From Acidobacteria bacterium UBA6911 (GTDB lineage: Bacteria; Acidobacteriota; UBA6911; RPQK01; JAJDTT01): a stretch of DNA of 64,000 nt. A program made the translations under genes and the position numbers. The stretch covers positions 19,056 through 83,055 of the forward strand of contig CAUZIZ010000001.1 in the NCBI GenBank assembly GCA_963579905.1, in the 5' to 3' direction. The notes beneath the pieces are model-generated. The model was not told where the DNA came from and did no database searches. It saw only the letters and a program-made list of their open reading frames with translations. Positions 9,803 to 19,876 of the stretch are shown here, piece by piece (positions within the stretch are counted from its first letter, which is position 1; every line of letters begins with the position of its first letter).

Positions 9803-9867
9803 ACACGCTTATAATTATACATAATCTATCCCTATGTCAAGCTTGGGTGCAGCATCATTGGGGAGTT

Positions 9868-10054
9868 TTAGGGTTCGTGTAAGAATAACTTCGCAGAGTT
9901 GGCGCTCAAATTTGCGCCAGATTTGGTCGCGAACGATTGAGAGAAACCACAGGAGTAGCCCAGGATAAGTTGAGGATTTCGTGACTGGGGAACGGCCGAA
10001 GATGGTGTGAAGATGAGATGGCAGAATGTGAAGTTATTTTTGCACGAGCCCTTA
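9868..10054. mobile_element. MITE-like element copy 2 (about 186 bp, inverted orientation, about 50-bp internal insertion)
   Basis: ttaGGGTTCGTGTAAGAATAACTTCG ... GAAGTTATTTTTGCACGAGCCCtta. Same internal sequence blocks as copy 1. Confidence 0.8.
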
Positions 10055-10137
10055 ATACAGAGGTAGTGCATAATTTGATTCGACCCCATCCCGGTTTCCG
10101 GTTCTTGGAGAAGAGCCTTCGAGCAGGGCAGCAGATT

Positions 10138-11082
10138 CTAGTCCGACTTACCCTCTGCGCTGGACGCGAAGCAGGTCCTATACACCTGCTGCCGAGGAAG
10201 CTCAAGTTCTGCGGCAGCCGTCTTCACTGCCGCTGCGCGGCTCATTTCACGCAGTACCATCAAGCCTGAGACGTAGGCTGAAATATCGATCCTGGGCTTG
10301 GGAGGTGTTTCGAATCCGGCTCCCGACAGCAGCAGCGTGTACTCTCCGCGGACCTCTTCTACTCTCAGCTCGGCGAGTATTTTCTCGAGGGATCCGAAGT
10401 GGAACGTCTCGTGCGCCTTGGTCATTTCTCGGGCGACAAGCGCCTCCCGGTTGCCCAGGACCTCGAGCACCGTCTCAAGTGTTGGCAGAAGGCGATGGGG
10501 TGATAGATACATGATCAAGGTAGCATCCAACGCCGCTACCGATTTGAGTTGCTTGCGCTGGGCTTCTCGTTGCCTTCGAAGAAAGCCCAAGAAGTGGAAG
10601 CAGTCGGAGGGAAGCCCCGAAACTGAGAGGGCACTGACGGCCGCCGCCGGTCCGGGCACGGGGCTCACCGACACCTGATTCTCCCGGCAAAGCCGGACCA
10701 GGCGATATCCCGGGTCCGACACCAGGGGGGTGCCAGCTTTGCTGACCAGGGCCAGATTTTGGCCCTTCAATACTCGACCGAGCAGCTCTGACGATTTTGT
10801 TTGCTCGTTGTGTTCGTGATAGCTGGTAGTAGAGGTCTTGAGGCCCAGGTGGTTCAAGAGCCTGCGAAAATGACGGGTGTCTTCGCAGGCGATGAGATCG
10901 ACCTCGCCCAGAACCGCAACGGCTCGGGCGCTCAGATCACCCAGGTTGCCCAGGGGCGTCGCTACTACATACAGGGTCCCCGCCATCGAGTTGACATTCC
11001 TTTTGGTCAGTGTAGCGATTGGAACCTTCCGAGCCTCGCGAATTGTAGCAATGTGGTCGACGCTAACACCAAGCTTGACCAT
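10138..11082 (-). CDS. rsmI: 16S rRNA (cytidine1402-2'-O)-methyltransferase RsmI, with a 32-codon N-terminal extension resembling the PdxJ N-terminus
   Basis: The canonical RsmI start MAGTLYVVATPLGNLGDLS is at 10986. The ORF continues in frame upstream to ATG 11082 through MVKLGVSVDHIATIREARK, which resembles PdxJ LGVNIDHIATLRNARG. Confidence 0.8.
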   Translation of the reverse strand: MVKLGVSVDHIATIREARKVPIATLTKRNVNSMAGTLYVVATPLGNLGDLSARAVAVLGEVDLIACEDTRHFRRLLNHLGLKTSTTSYHEHNEQTKSSELLGRVLKGQNLALVSKAGTPLVSDPGYRLVRLCRENQVSVSPVPGPAAAVSALSVSGLPSDCFHFLGFLRRQREAQRKQLKSVAALDATLIMYLSPHRLLPTLETVLEVLGNREALVAREMTKAHETFHFGSLEKILAELRVEEVRGEYTLLLSGAGFETPPKPRIDISAYVSGLMVLREMSRAAAVKTAAAELELPRQQVYRTCFASSAEGKSD

Positions 11083-11109
11083 TTCCTTTCTTTTTCGTCG
11101 CTTTTTTGT

Positions 11110-11880
11110 CTAGCGCCTAAGTGTTCCGTTCTCGCGCTCGCGATCGTAGCGGCCGCAATGATCGTTCCAGCGGATCTCGAGAAGGCTCCAGAGCAGAGCC
11201 AGACCGTCCGCCATGAAGTGTACCTTGCTGCCAGCATCATGTCGCCAGACCACGGGAACTTCCTTCATCCTGAATCCCCATTTCCCTGCTAGGTAGAGCA
11301 CCTCCGCATCGAAGCCAAAGTTCTCGAGCCGCTGTTTCGCGAATATATCCCGACAGCTATCCATTTGAAACAGCTTGAATCCGCACTGAGTGTCCCGAAA
11401 GGGCAGACCGATCGTAGATCGCATGATCCGGTTGAACAGACGCCCTCCGGCTTCTCTCAGTCTAGGTTGGTGCACCTCAACCTGTGAACCCTCGACATCG
11501 CGAGAACCGAAAGCAACTTGCAACGGTCCCTCCACCATTGCGGCTTCCAGTTTGCTGATCTCCTGAATCGGCGTACTCAGGTCGGCATCACTGAAAAGGG
11601 CGTAGGCTCCACGGGCGTCCAGCATTCCCCGCCGTACGCTGTAGCCCTTTCCCCTATTCGTCTCGTTGTGGAGCACTCGTAGCGACCAATTGTCCTTCCG
11701 TCGCTCAGAGAAAAGGTCTCCGATTCGGAAGGTCCCGTCGACCGACCCATCGTCGACCACGATCAGTTCAAAGGGATGCGGCCGGCGCTCGAGATAGGAA
11801 ATAATCTGTTCCAGAGAGGAAGCCAGGCGGTCTTCCTCATTGTAGGCAGGGATGACGACAGACAGGAGAGGATCGGTCAT
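11110..11880 (-). CDS. GT2 family polyprenyl-phosphate glycosyltransferase (dolichyl-phosphate glucosyltransferase-like)
   Basis: SVVIPAYNEE...VVDDGS...DAD GT-A motifs, 256 aa, 4-nt overlap with gltX. Confidence 0.8.
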   Translation of the reverse strand: MTDPLLSVVIPAYNEEDRLASSLEQIISYLERRPHPFELIVVDDGSVDGTFRIGDLFSERRKDNWSLRVLHNETNRGKGYSVRRGMLDARGAYALFSDADLSTPIQEISKLEAAMVEGPLQVAFGSRDVEGSQVEVHQPRLREAGGRLFNRIMRSTIGLPFRDTQCGFKLFQMDSCRDIFAKQRLENFGFDAEVLYLAGKWGFRMKEVPVVWRHDAGSKVHFMADGLALLWSLLEIRWNDHCGRYDRERENGTLRR

Positions 11881-13328
11881 TCGAGGAACCGAAGGGCCTC
11901 TTGCAGGCGCTCGACAGTCTTTTTCTGTCCCAGAATGCCAATGACCTCAAAGATTCCGGGAGAAGCGGCCCTACCTGTCAGGGCCACGCGAACGGCTCCG
12001 ATGAAGCTCCCGGTCGCGATCTGGTGCTGCTCGGTGAGAGAGCGTAAGACTTGTTCCGCCGTCTCGAGATCGAGCTCTGTCACCTGGGCATAGGCTTCAT
12101 GAAGGTCTTTCAAAGCTCGGTAGAGTTGAGATCTGGCCTCGGGCTCCGCGGGGGAAAGGTGTTTCTCGGCCGCTTCTGGGTCGTACTCGACCTGGTCCGA
12201 AAGGTAAGGTTTCCCGAGCGTTGCAAAATCCGTAAGCCTCTTCGCCCGGCTCTGCAGCAGTTTCAGCAAGCGTAAGAACCAGTCACGGCCCGCTCCTTCC
12301 CAGTCAGGATCCCAAAGCTGTTCTTCTACCAGGAAGTGTCGCACCCTGGGCTCGAGCTCCTCGACTGCTAGACTTCTCATGTGCTGGCCATTCATCCACT
12401 CCAGTTTCTTGGGGTCGAAGACTGCGTTGGCCTTGTTGATCCGGTCGAGGCTGAATTTTTGGGTGAGCTCTTCCGATCCGAGCACTTCCTGATTGTTTCC
12501 AGGCGACCAACCCAACAGAGCCAGGTAGTTTCTCAAGGCTTCGGGCACGAAGCCCTGATCACGAAACTCCAGTAGCGAAGACGCACCATGTCTCTTGCTC
12601 AACCGCTTCCTGTCTGGTCCCAGAATCAAGGGCAAATGAGCGAAAACAGGCGCCTCATTGCCGAGGGCCTGATGAAGGAGAATATGCTTGACCGTGTTGA
12701 GCAGATGATCCTGTCCGCGAATCACGTGGGTGATCCCCATATCGCGGTCGTCGGCGACCACCGAAAGGTGATAGGTAGGCATACCATCGGAGCGCAGAAG
12801 CACAAAGTCGTCGACGTGGTCACGACGGACCTTGATCGTCCGAAATACACTGTCACGAAACCTGAACCCGTCCAGGGGTGGAATCTTGAACCTGACGGTA
12901 AAGGAACCCCCCTCCTCGAGACTGGCATCTATGTCAAGCTGAGAGAGTTCCCGGCAGGTCTCGTCATAGCGCCACGTCTCACCTGCCTCGACCGTCGCCT
13001 GCTTCTTCTGCTCCAGCTCGTCCAGGGAACAGAAACAACGGTAGGCCTTGCCTTCTTCCAGCAGTTTCTCGGCGACCGAGTGGTATAGATCGAGGCGCTG
13101 GGATTGGTAGTAGGGGCCCTCATCCCAGAGCGTACCCAGCCACTCCATCCCTTCCAGGATTCGATCGGCCATCTCAGGACTGGAGCGTTCAAGATCAGTG
13201 TCCTCTATGCGAAGGATGAAGGTGCCGTCATTCTGACGGGCGTAGAGCCAGTTGAAGAGGGCGGTTCGGGCTCCTCCAATATGAAGATGACCGGTAGGAC
13301 TAGGAGCAAATCGTACTCTCACTTCCAT
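11877..13328 (-). CDS. gltX: Glutamate--tRNA ligase
   Basis: RFAPSPTGHLHIGG (HIGH) and KRHG (KMSKS-like) motifs, 483 aa. Confidence 0.9.
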   Translation of the reverse strand: MEVRVRFAPSPTGHLHIGGARTALFNWLYARQNDGTFILRIEDTDLERSSPEMADRILEGMEWLGTLWDEGPYYQSQRLDLYHSVAEKLLEEGKAYRCFCSLDELEQKKQATVEAGETWRYDETCRELSQLDIDASLEEGGSFTVRFKIPPLDGFRFRDSVFRTIKVRRDHVDDFVLLRSDGMPTYHLSVVADDRDMGITHVIRGQDHLLNTVKHILLHQALGNEAPVFAHLPLILGPDRKRLSKRHGASSLLEFRDQGFVPEALRNYLALLGWSPGNNQEVLGSEELTQKFSLDRINKANAVFDPKKLEWMNGQHMRSLAVEELEPRVRHFLVEEQLWDPDWEGAGRDWFLRLLKLLQSRAKRLTDFATLGKPYLSDQVEYDPEAAEKHLSPAEPEARSQLYRALKDLHEAYAQVTELDLETAEQVLRSLTEQHQIATGSFIGAVRVALTGRAASPGIFEVIGILGQKKTVERLQEALRFLE

Positions 13329-14175
13329 AAGTTATTCTCGCCCCAAACCGCGCTGGTTCTTTCGAGAAAGAAACTCCAGTGTCCTGCAGTGGCACGGGCA
13401 TCCCTGTCCGTGATGAGCGACTCGTGGAGCCAGAGGCTCCACAATCACGGCCTGGAAGGCCGTGCCACGGTTGAACTTGGAACTAAATCAAGTTTCAGCT
13501 TAGCGCCGCCCCCGGCGGAACCGGATCGTACAAGAAAGAAACTTCTTCTCATCCCAACGGGAGCCCCTCCCCCACGCCGAAGGCGTTCCTGCGAGTAGCC
13601 CAGGGTTTGGGTCGCCTGTCCTCTCTGCGCTGAAGGCGTTATTGCTAACACGTTGCCGGTCAGCAATAACACCTTCGGTGTAAGAGATATCTCAGATACG
13701 CCCTTCCATCACCAAATCAATCGTTTCCGTCTTTCTTGCCCCCAGATCTGAAAATGAAGTTTCAGGTCAGTCCCGCCCCCGCTGCGCTGCCCCATTCGAG
13801 AAAGAAACTTCGGCTCGGAGGCCACCGCCACGGTTTTTCGGACAATCGCCTCAAAAAGTATATATCCGATTCAAATCAATAGGTTACGTCATTTTCCCAT
13901 CCAAATCTTAAAATGAAGTTTCAGCTTAGTGCAACCCCCAGCCGTGCTGGATTATTCAGGAGGAAACTTCCAAGGCGGAGCTGCCAGGTTTGGACCCTGA
14001 TCAGGGCCCGCTCCCTGACGGTCACGGCTCTGTCATCGGGCGATTCTCCATGATCACCTCGCCATTCGAAGTTCCCGTAGGAACCGCTCGCCGCGCTTTC
14101 CCAGGAGCAGAGCCGTGCGACGTTCAGACGTTCAGACGAATCGTTCAAGTTTCAGCTTCGTACATCGAGTGTGCC
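13329..14175. repeat. REP-B tandem array / mosaic (copy c): at least three full or partial about 165-bp units plus a module shared with 27120-27240
   Basis: Recurrent unit AAGTTTCAGSTYAGTSC.GCCCCCGCTGCGCTGCCCCATTCGAGAAAGAAACTTC at about 13490, 13757, 13917 and 14147. 13352-13460 is the reverse complement of 27125-27235. Confidence 0.75.
13628..13675. other. Strong imperfect hairpin (18-bp stem, 2 mismatches, 8-nt loop)
   Basis: GAAGGCGTTATTGCTAAC acgttgcc GGTCAGCAATAACACCTTC. Not followed by a U-run on either strand. Confidence 0.5.
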
Positions 14176-15891
14176 TCATGAAGTTGCGGCTTGCCCCGAT
14201 ATCGAATGCTCACCCTTCCAGCCGGGGCCGCGTACGACCTTTCCGGGCGTCTTCCCGGTGTGCTCGCCATCCTGGAGAACCTGGACTCCATTCACGAAAA
14301 CGTGAACTACGCCGGTGGAATATTGATGCGGCTTTTCGAAGGTCGCGTGGTCCTGAATCCTCGCTGGATCGAAGACCACGAGGTCGGCAAAGTATCCCCG
14401 TCTGAGCATCCCCCGTTTCTGTATCCTCAGGTTGGATGCCGGCAGCGCGGTCAATTTACGGATCGCCTCTTCCAAGGAGATAATCCCTTCCTCCCGTACG
14501 TACCGGCCCAGAAGGCGGGCGAAGCTGCCGTAGGCTCTCGGGTGCACGCTGCTTTCCAGAAATACTCCCTCGGCTGCCAGGGAGCCCGAATCCGAACAGA
14601 AGCTGACCCATGGAAGTGCGATCTTCTTGCGTAGGTTGTCCTCCGACTGTGTGAAGTAGACTGTGCCGATCCTGCTCCGGTCCTCCAAAATCAGGTCCAT
14701 CACGGTCTCCTCGGGTGAAGTTCCGCGCATTTCGGAGACGGCGGCCAGCGTCTTACCTGTCAGAGGCTTGAGGCTGTCACTTCTGAATCCGACCAGGAGA
14801 ATGTTTTGGGGCGATCCTGCGCCGTGGTACATGTTCTCCCACTGGTCCGATCCCTCCAACATGTCTCTGGCGATACGCTTGCGCGTCGCGGGATCCTTCA
14901 GACGTTTCAAGGCGGCATCGAATCCGCCTTCCTGTACCCAGGGTGGCATGGTCGAAGTCAGCCCGGTTGAGCTGGCCGGATAGTTGTAGACATCTGCAGT
15001 TATCTGCAGACCCTGGGCGCGGGCCTGCTCCACCCGTTTGACTACCTGGGCGAGCTTCGCCCAGTTACTGCGCCCGGAGGCCTTGAGATGGTAGATCTCG
15101 GCGCGAATCTTTGCCTGTTCGGCGATCACCAGCAACTCATCCACCGCTTCCGTCAGCCTGGAAGCTTCGTTGCGAAGGTGCGAAGCGTAGATGCCGTCGT
15201 ATTCCGCCGCCGCTTTTGCCAGCGCAATCAACTCGTCGGTCTTGGCGAATGACCCGGGAGGATAGATCAGCGAGGAGGCTATCCCTAGAGCCCCCTCTTC
15301 CATGGCTTTGCGCACCAGATTCTGCATCTGGCCCAATTCCTCCCGAGTAGGAGGCCGGTCCTCGTAGCCCACCACGTATTTTCGAGGCGTCGCGGCACCA
15401 ATGAACGAGGCGACATTGGTGGAGACTCCACGGCGCTCGAGGAACTGCAGGTATTCGTCCAGTGTGGTCCACTCGATCTCGTACTTGATATCTCCCTGAC
15501 GACGCACCATCTCCCGCTTCATCTCGTCGTTGAGCGGCCCCATGGAATTTCCTTCTCCCATGATTTCCAGGGTCACTCCTTGGCGGATGTCGCTCTGGGA
15601 ATGTCCATCCTCGATGAGCGCCTCATTTGCCCAACTCATCATGTTGATGAATCCCGGAGCCACTGCCAATCCCTCCAGGTCCAGCTCGATCTTTCCGCTG
15701 GAGTCAGGCTCGGTGCCGATAGCCGCAATCCGATCACCCCGAATTCCCACGTCGGCGGGGAAAGGGGGCATTCCACCACCGTCGTAGATCACCCCGTTAC
15801 GGAGGATCACGTCGTATTCGACTGCGGGTGAGCAGTTGGCTAAGACGATGAACCCCAATGCCAAGAGAAGCGCAACTCTTCCGTTCATCAT
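14176..15891 (-). CDS. Secreted N-acyl-D-amino-acid deacylase (D-aminoacylase) family amidohydrolase
   Basis: Signal peptide MMNGRVALLLALGFIVLA, then DVILRNGVIYDGGG...GFINMMSW amidohydrolase pattern. The ORF track start (15984) runs into MITE copy 3; the true start is near 15891. Confidence 0.75.
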   Translation of the reverse strand: MMNGRVALLLALGFIVLANCSPAVEYDVILRNGVIYDGGGMPPFPADVGIRGDRIAAIGTEPDSSGKIELDLEGLAVAPGFINMMSWANEALIEDGHSQSDIRQGVTLEIMGEGNSMGPLNDEMKREMVRRQGDIKYEIEWTTLDEYLQFLERRGVSTNVASFIGAATPRKYVVGYEDRPPTREELGQMQNLVRKAMEEGALGIASSLIYPPGSFAKTDELIALAKAAAEYDGIYASHLRNEASRLTEAVDELLVIAEQAKIRAEIYHLKASGRSNWAKLAQVVKRVEQARAQGLQITADVYNYPASSTGLTSTMPPWVQEGGFDAALKRLKDPATRKRIARDMLEGSDQWENMYHGAGSPQNILLVGFRSDSLKPLTGKTLAAVSEMRGTSPEETVMDLILEDRSRIGTVYFTQSEDNLRKKIALPWVSFCSDSGSLAAEGVFLESSVHPRAYGSFARLLGRYVREEGIISLEEAIRKLTALPASNLRIQKRGMLRRGYFADLVVFDPARIQDHATFEKPHQYSTGVVHVFVNGVQVLQDGEHTGKTPGKVVRGPGWKGEHSISGQAATS

Positions 15892-15900
15892 TACTCGATT

Positions 15901-16084
15901 CAGGGCTCGGTTAAAAATAACTTCACATTCTGCCATCTCATCTCCACACCATTTTCGGGCGCTCCTCGATCGCGAAATCCTCAATGTAGGCCCGGCTGCG
16001 CCTGCGGTTTCGCTCAGTCGTTCGCGACCACATCTGGCGCAAATCTGAGCGCCAACTCTGCGAAGTTGTTCTTGACAGAGCCCT
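15901..16084. mobile_element. MITE-like element copy 3 (about 181 bp)
   Basis: GGGCTCGGTTAAAAATAACTTC ... GAAGTTGTTCTTGACAGAGCCCtta. Fills exactly the gap between the SDR stop and the amidohydrolase start. Confidence 0.8.
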
Positions 16085-16869
16085 TAGCTGGGGATGGGCC
16101 ACGACCACCCGCTCTCGAAGCCGCCGTCTACATACAGCATCTGTCCCGTCATGAACGCGGATGCCTCTGAAGCCAGGAAGACCGCGGTGCCAATCATATC
16201 CTCTGGTTGACCCAAGCGCCCCTGGGGCGTGTTGCTGTCGACCCAGGATTTCATCCGCTCGTCCGACCAGAGCTTGCGGCTCAGATCGGTGAGAATAAAG
16301 CCTGGGGCGATGCCATTCACCCTGACCCCTTTCGGGCCCCACTCCAGGGCCAACAGCCGTGTCAGTTGGCCAACCCCGGCTTTGCTGACAGCATAGGGAA
16401 GTAGGTTCTTCAAAGGACGGTGTGTGGTCAAGGAACCGATGTTGATCTGGCTGCCCTTCCCCTGACGTATCATCTGTTTGCCGACCGCCTGGCAGAGCAA
16501 CACCGACCCCTTGAGGTTGACGCCGACAACGAAGTCGTACTCCTCTTCGGTGACCTCGGCAGCCGGCTTGCGCTGGTTCACTCCGGCAGAGTTGACGAGG
16601 GTGTCGATACGCCCAAAGTCGCTTACACATCGATCGACAAGCTTCGCTACTGCTCTACTATCAGCGACGTCACATACCATGGCCCGCACCGGTTCCCCGT
16701 CGCTAGTGATCTCCTGGGCCGCAGCCTCGGCCGACTCCTGGTTGCGGCCTGTGATTACGACCCGGGCTCCGCGCTCGGCAAAACCCCGTGCGATCGCCTT
16801 ACCGATTCCTCTGGTCCCACCGGAAACAAGCACAACCTGGCCAGCTACCGAGAACAATTTGTCTTTCAT
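16084..16869 (-). CDS. SDR family oxidoreductase
   Basis: VLVSGGTRGIGKAIA Rossmann motif (TGxxxGIG) and YxxxK context, 261 aa. Confidence 0.85.
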   Translation of the reverse strand: MKDKLFSVAGQVVLVSGGTRGIGKAIARGFAERGARVVITGRNQESAEAAAQEITSDGEPVRAMVCDVADSRAVAKLVDRCVSDFGRIDTLVNSAGVNQRKPAAEVTEEEYDFVVGVNLKGSVLLCQAVGKQMIRQGKGSQINIGSLTTHRPLKNLLPYAVSKAGVGQLTRLLALEWGPKGVRVNGIAPGFILTDLSRKLWSDERMKSWVDSNTPQGRLGQPEDMIGTAVFLASEASAFMTGQMLYVDGGFESGWSWPIPS

Positions 16870-16875
16870 GCCTTA

Positions 16876-18183
16876 CTATCCCAGATTCTCAACCTTTTGG
16901 CGAAAGACCTCGTAGGCTTTCACCTGATCCTGTGCGAAAGACTTTGCCCCTTTGTCACGAAGGTCATCGGAGATCTGTGTGAGCGAGGTCTCGTCAGGAG
17001 CCAACACGCGCTCACGCACCAGGGACAAGATCTCGTCGGCCGTTTTTAAGGCTCCTGTGCCCGTTGAGACCGCTTCTTCCCAGCGCCCGATCGTTTCCGC
17101 TTCCTGCACCATCCAGGGGATGGGGTCCATTACTGTGGGCCGCATTGGTATCCCGGTCTGCTTCAGTCGGTCTTCTAGAACCTGGAGGGTCTTGGCGGGG
17201 AGGGTGTTGCCAAGATAGGGACCAAAGAACGGCAGCACGTAGATCAAATCACTGTAGACACCAGACTGCTTGTTGCCGCTGCTGGCAATCAAGACGCGCT
17301 GGATCGGTCCCTTCTCGAGCTTGGCGAAACGCGTCCTCAGGCTCTCAATCGACGCATGAATTTCCGTGAAAAGGTTCTGAGGATCCTGGAACTCCTCCCC
17401 CAGGAAGATGGCTCGCGACATCTGATAGATCTTTTTCCCATGGGCTATCGCCGTTTTGCCTCTCAAATGTTTCAGCAGATCCCGATCCGAAGGACTTGTA
17501 CTGTTCTCGAGCTGCTTGTCGATGAGCCCATCGACCACCGTATCCAGACGGCTGACGAAAAGGCTGTTGACCGACCGAGTGGCGGAGACATCGATTCCCC
17601 GTGAGGCCACAGCTTCCAAGCCATCGACGTATCCCCAAACTGTGTTGATGTAATGATTGGCCCCAAACACCAGCGTGATATTTGGATTAACCAACCGGCC
17701 ACTCTCGCCTCCCCCCTCGACAGCCTGGCTGATCATCGCTCGTATGGCCTCGGGAGACGGGCCCACATTTGCCAGCTTGACCAATAGCCAGGGCGAAATC
17801 GCTTGGATTCTCTGAGCCTCTGCCGCAATCGCAGAACCATCGGCTGCACGGGTGGCGTCGGTCTCGCGGCTGAACGCCAGTGAGTCCCTTGCGTCGACCC
17901 AGCGTTCCAGGGCTCGAGCCGAGTCCAAGGCTTCCTGATTGTAGAGAAGATTGAAGATCTCCTCGGGCGTCTTGCCCTCGCCGTGCAGAGCTGCGATCTC
18001 GGCATCGAGCAGGCCGGCGGTCACTTTGGCCAGAAAAAGCGATTGATTGCTGGTCTGTCCCAACACCCCCAGCTGCAGCCACTTTTCCAGGACGTCGGCC
18101 TCGACCAGGCCATCGAGGGCAAAGGCGGTGCCTCCTTCTTCGGTGTGGTATAGGTCGCGCAAAGTTCGAGCGAGGTCGATCAT
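16876..18183 (-). CDS. tal: Transaldolase (long form)
   Basis: GQTSNQSLF (TSNPS-like), LVKLANVG (Schiff-base Lys region) and LFVSRLD motifs. Start refined to ATG 18183, which has a GGAGG RBS. The ORF track extension to 18417 overlaps the divergent neighbour. Confidence 0.8.
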   Translation of the reverse strand: MIDLARTLRDLYHTEEGGTAFALDGLVEADVLEKWLQLGVLGQTSNQSLFLAKVTAGLLDAEIAALHGEGKTPEEIFNLLYNQEALDSARALERWVDARDSLAFSRETDATRAADGSAIAAEAQRIQAISPWLLVKLANVGPSPEAIRAMISQAVEGGGESGRLVNPNITLVFGANHYINTVWGYVDGLEAVASRGIDVSATRSVNSLFVSRLDTVVDGLIDKQLENSTSPSDRDLLKHLRGKTAIAHGKKIYQMSRAIFLGEEFQDPQNLFTEIHASIESLRTRFAKLEKGPIQRVLIASSGNKQSGVYSDLIYVLPFFGPYLGNTLPAKTLQVLEDRLKQTGIPMRPTVMDPIPWMVQEAETIGRWEEAVSTGTGALKTADEILSLVRERVLAPDETSLTQISDDLRDKGAKSFAQDQVKAYEVFRQKVENLG

Positions 18184-18370
18184 TTTCAGCCTCCGATTTT
18201 GCGAGCCATCGTACCATTTCTTGATGATTTTCGCCCAAGACAAGCGCAGCCGCTGATCACTGGAACACTCGCTCTTCCTAGTAGAGTGTGGGCGATCCGC
18301 TGCACTCTCCGGGCGGGACCTTGCCTGCCATGGTATGATCCGGTGAGGAGGTTTCGAACGGAGGTAGTCC

Positions 18371-19870
18371 ATGAGAAAGCTTGTCGCAATTTCCGTTGTC
18401 TTGGGCTGGATGGCCATGCTTCCGGGAAGGAATGCTGCCGGGGCTGTGGAAGTTTCGGGTCCAGTCCAGCTGGACCAGAGGGTTCAGCTCTTCATCGACG
18501 ACTTCTTGATCGAACGCACGGACAGGGTCTGGCGTACCCTCAACCGCTCGCGCAAGGCTCCGGAGAACCCCATCATCAAACCGGACCGTCCCTGGGAAGG
18601 CTATCTGGTCCTGCAGCCTGGGAGCGTCATCTACGATCCCAACCAACGGCAGTTCCAGATGTGGTACAACGCGCTGGCCACCGAGACTGACTCCGACATC
18701 GATCAGTTCCTCTGCTACGCTATCTCCCAGGATGGCGTCCACTGGGAAAAGCCTGCGCTGGGCTTGGTGGAATTTAGGGGATCCAAGGCCAACAACATAG
18801 TCCTTCGCTGGTGCAATTGGAATCATTCAGTGATTCGCGACCCGGACGACCCGGACCCAGATCGCCTCTATAAGATGGTCTACTGGCAGACCCACGATAA
18901 GGACCGTTGTGGCATTTGGTCAGCGTTTTCGCCCGATGGCATCCGTTGGACCGACTCAGATCGAAACCCGGGTGTGCCTTGCTGGGCGTCTGGAGACACC
19001 TTCAGCGTGATGAAGGATCCGGTCTCCCGCCAATTCTGGCTTTACCACAAGACCAGCCCCGGCGGACCGCGCAAGCTGTCACGATTGGTCAGCGATGACT
19101 TCATTCACTGGCGGGACAACGATTTGGTTCTGGAGCCGGATGAACATGACTCTCCCGGAACCGAGTTCTATGGCCTCTCGGCCTTCCCCTACGGAAGTCA
19201 GTACCTGGGCCTGCTCTGGGTCTTTCATACCTCGCTTCAAACCATGGACGTGCAGATCGTCTCTAGCCGCGATGGGATTACCTGGGACAGGAGCGTGCAT
19301 CGTCGACCCTTTGTTACCCTCGGGTATCAAAGAAACCAGTACTCGGGTTATAGCTTCGACAGTGGGATGGCTTGGCCCGCCACCGCTCCCGTGAGCCGCA
19401 ACGGATCCCTGTGGTTCTACTATTCGGGATTCGACAATCTCCACAACGCTCCTTCCGCGGAGCACACGGGGCAACTGGGCTTGGCGCGAATCCGGCAGGA
19501 CGCCTTCTGCTCCTTCGACGCAACAGCCGAAGGGTATGTCCTCACTCGCCCTCTCAAGTTCTCGGGTACAAACCTGGATGTCAACGTTCAGCTACTGTCT
19601 GGAGCGCAACCCGGTGCGGACGCTCCCTGGCGAGGTATCTTCAACGATCGACCCGACCAGGGCGGCTACCTGAGGGTAGAAGTCCTGGATGAGAGCGGTG
19701 ATGCAATCCCCGGATACGAAGCGGAGAAGTCGAATCTGGCCGGGATGGACGATATCTTCCGCAAGGTTTCCTGGGAAGGGAAGAAGGATGTGAAAGATCT
19801 CCAAGGAAAGCCAGTCCGATTGAAGTTCGTCCTCAGCCGGGCCAAGCTATATTCCTTCAGAATCAACTGA
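18371..19870 (+). CDS. Secreted beta-propeller glycoside hydrolase-like protein (GH43/GH130-like fold), unresolved family
   Basis: Signal peptide, then NPIIKPDRPWEGY...IYDPNQRQFQMWYNA and repeated W/D-rich blades. The family assignment is uncertain. Confidence 0.5.
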   Translation: MRKLVAISVVLGWMAMLPGRNAAGAVEVSGPVQLDQRVQLFIDDFLIERTDRVWRTLNRSRKAPENPIIKPDRPWEGYLVLQPGSVIYDPNQRQFQMWYNALATETDSDIDQFLCYAISQDGVHWEKPALGLVEFRGSKANNIVLRWCNWNHSVIRDPDDPDPDRLYKMVYWQTHDKDRCGIWSAFSPDGIRWTDSDRNPGVPCWASGDTFSVMKDPVSRQFWLYHKTSPGGPRKLSRLVSDDFIHWRDNDLVLEPDEHDSPGTEFYGLSAFPYGSQYLGLLWVFHTSLQTMDVQIVSSRDGITWDRSVHRRPFVTLGYQRNQYSGYSFDSGMAWPATAPVSRNGSLWFYYSGFDNLHNAPSAEHTGQLGLARIRQDAFCSFDATAEGYVLTRPLKFSGTNLDVNVQLLSGAQPGADAPWRGIFNDRPDQGGYLRVEVLDESGDAIPGYEAEKSNLAGMDDIFRKVSWEGKKDVKDLQGKPVRLKFVLSRAKLYSFRIN

Positions 19871-19876
19871 CGCGGA

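Noticed and set aside
13329-14175. CRISPR array or integron attC array
   Set aside because: Units are not separated by unique spacers of regular length. The same motifs recur dispersed in both orientations. There is no cas or intI gene, and the unit ends (GTTTCAG / GAAACTTC) do not fit the attC R'/R'' consensus.
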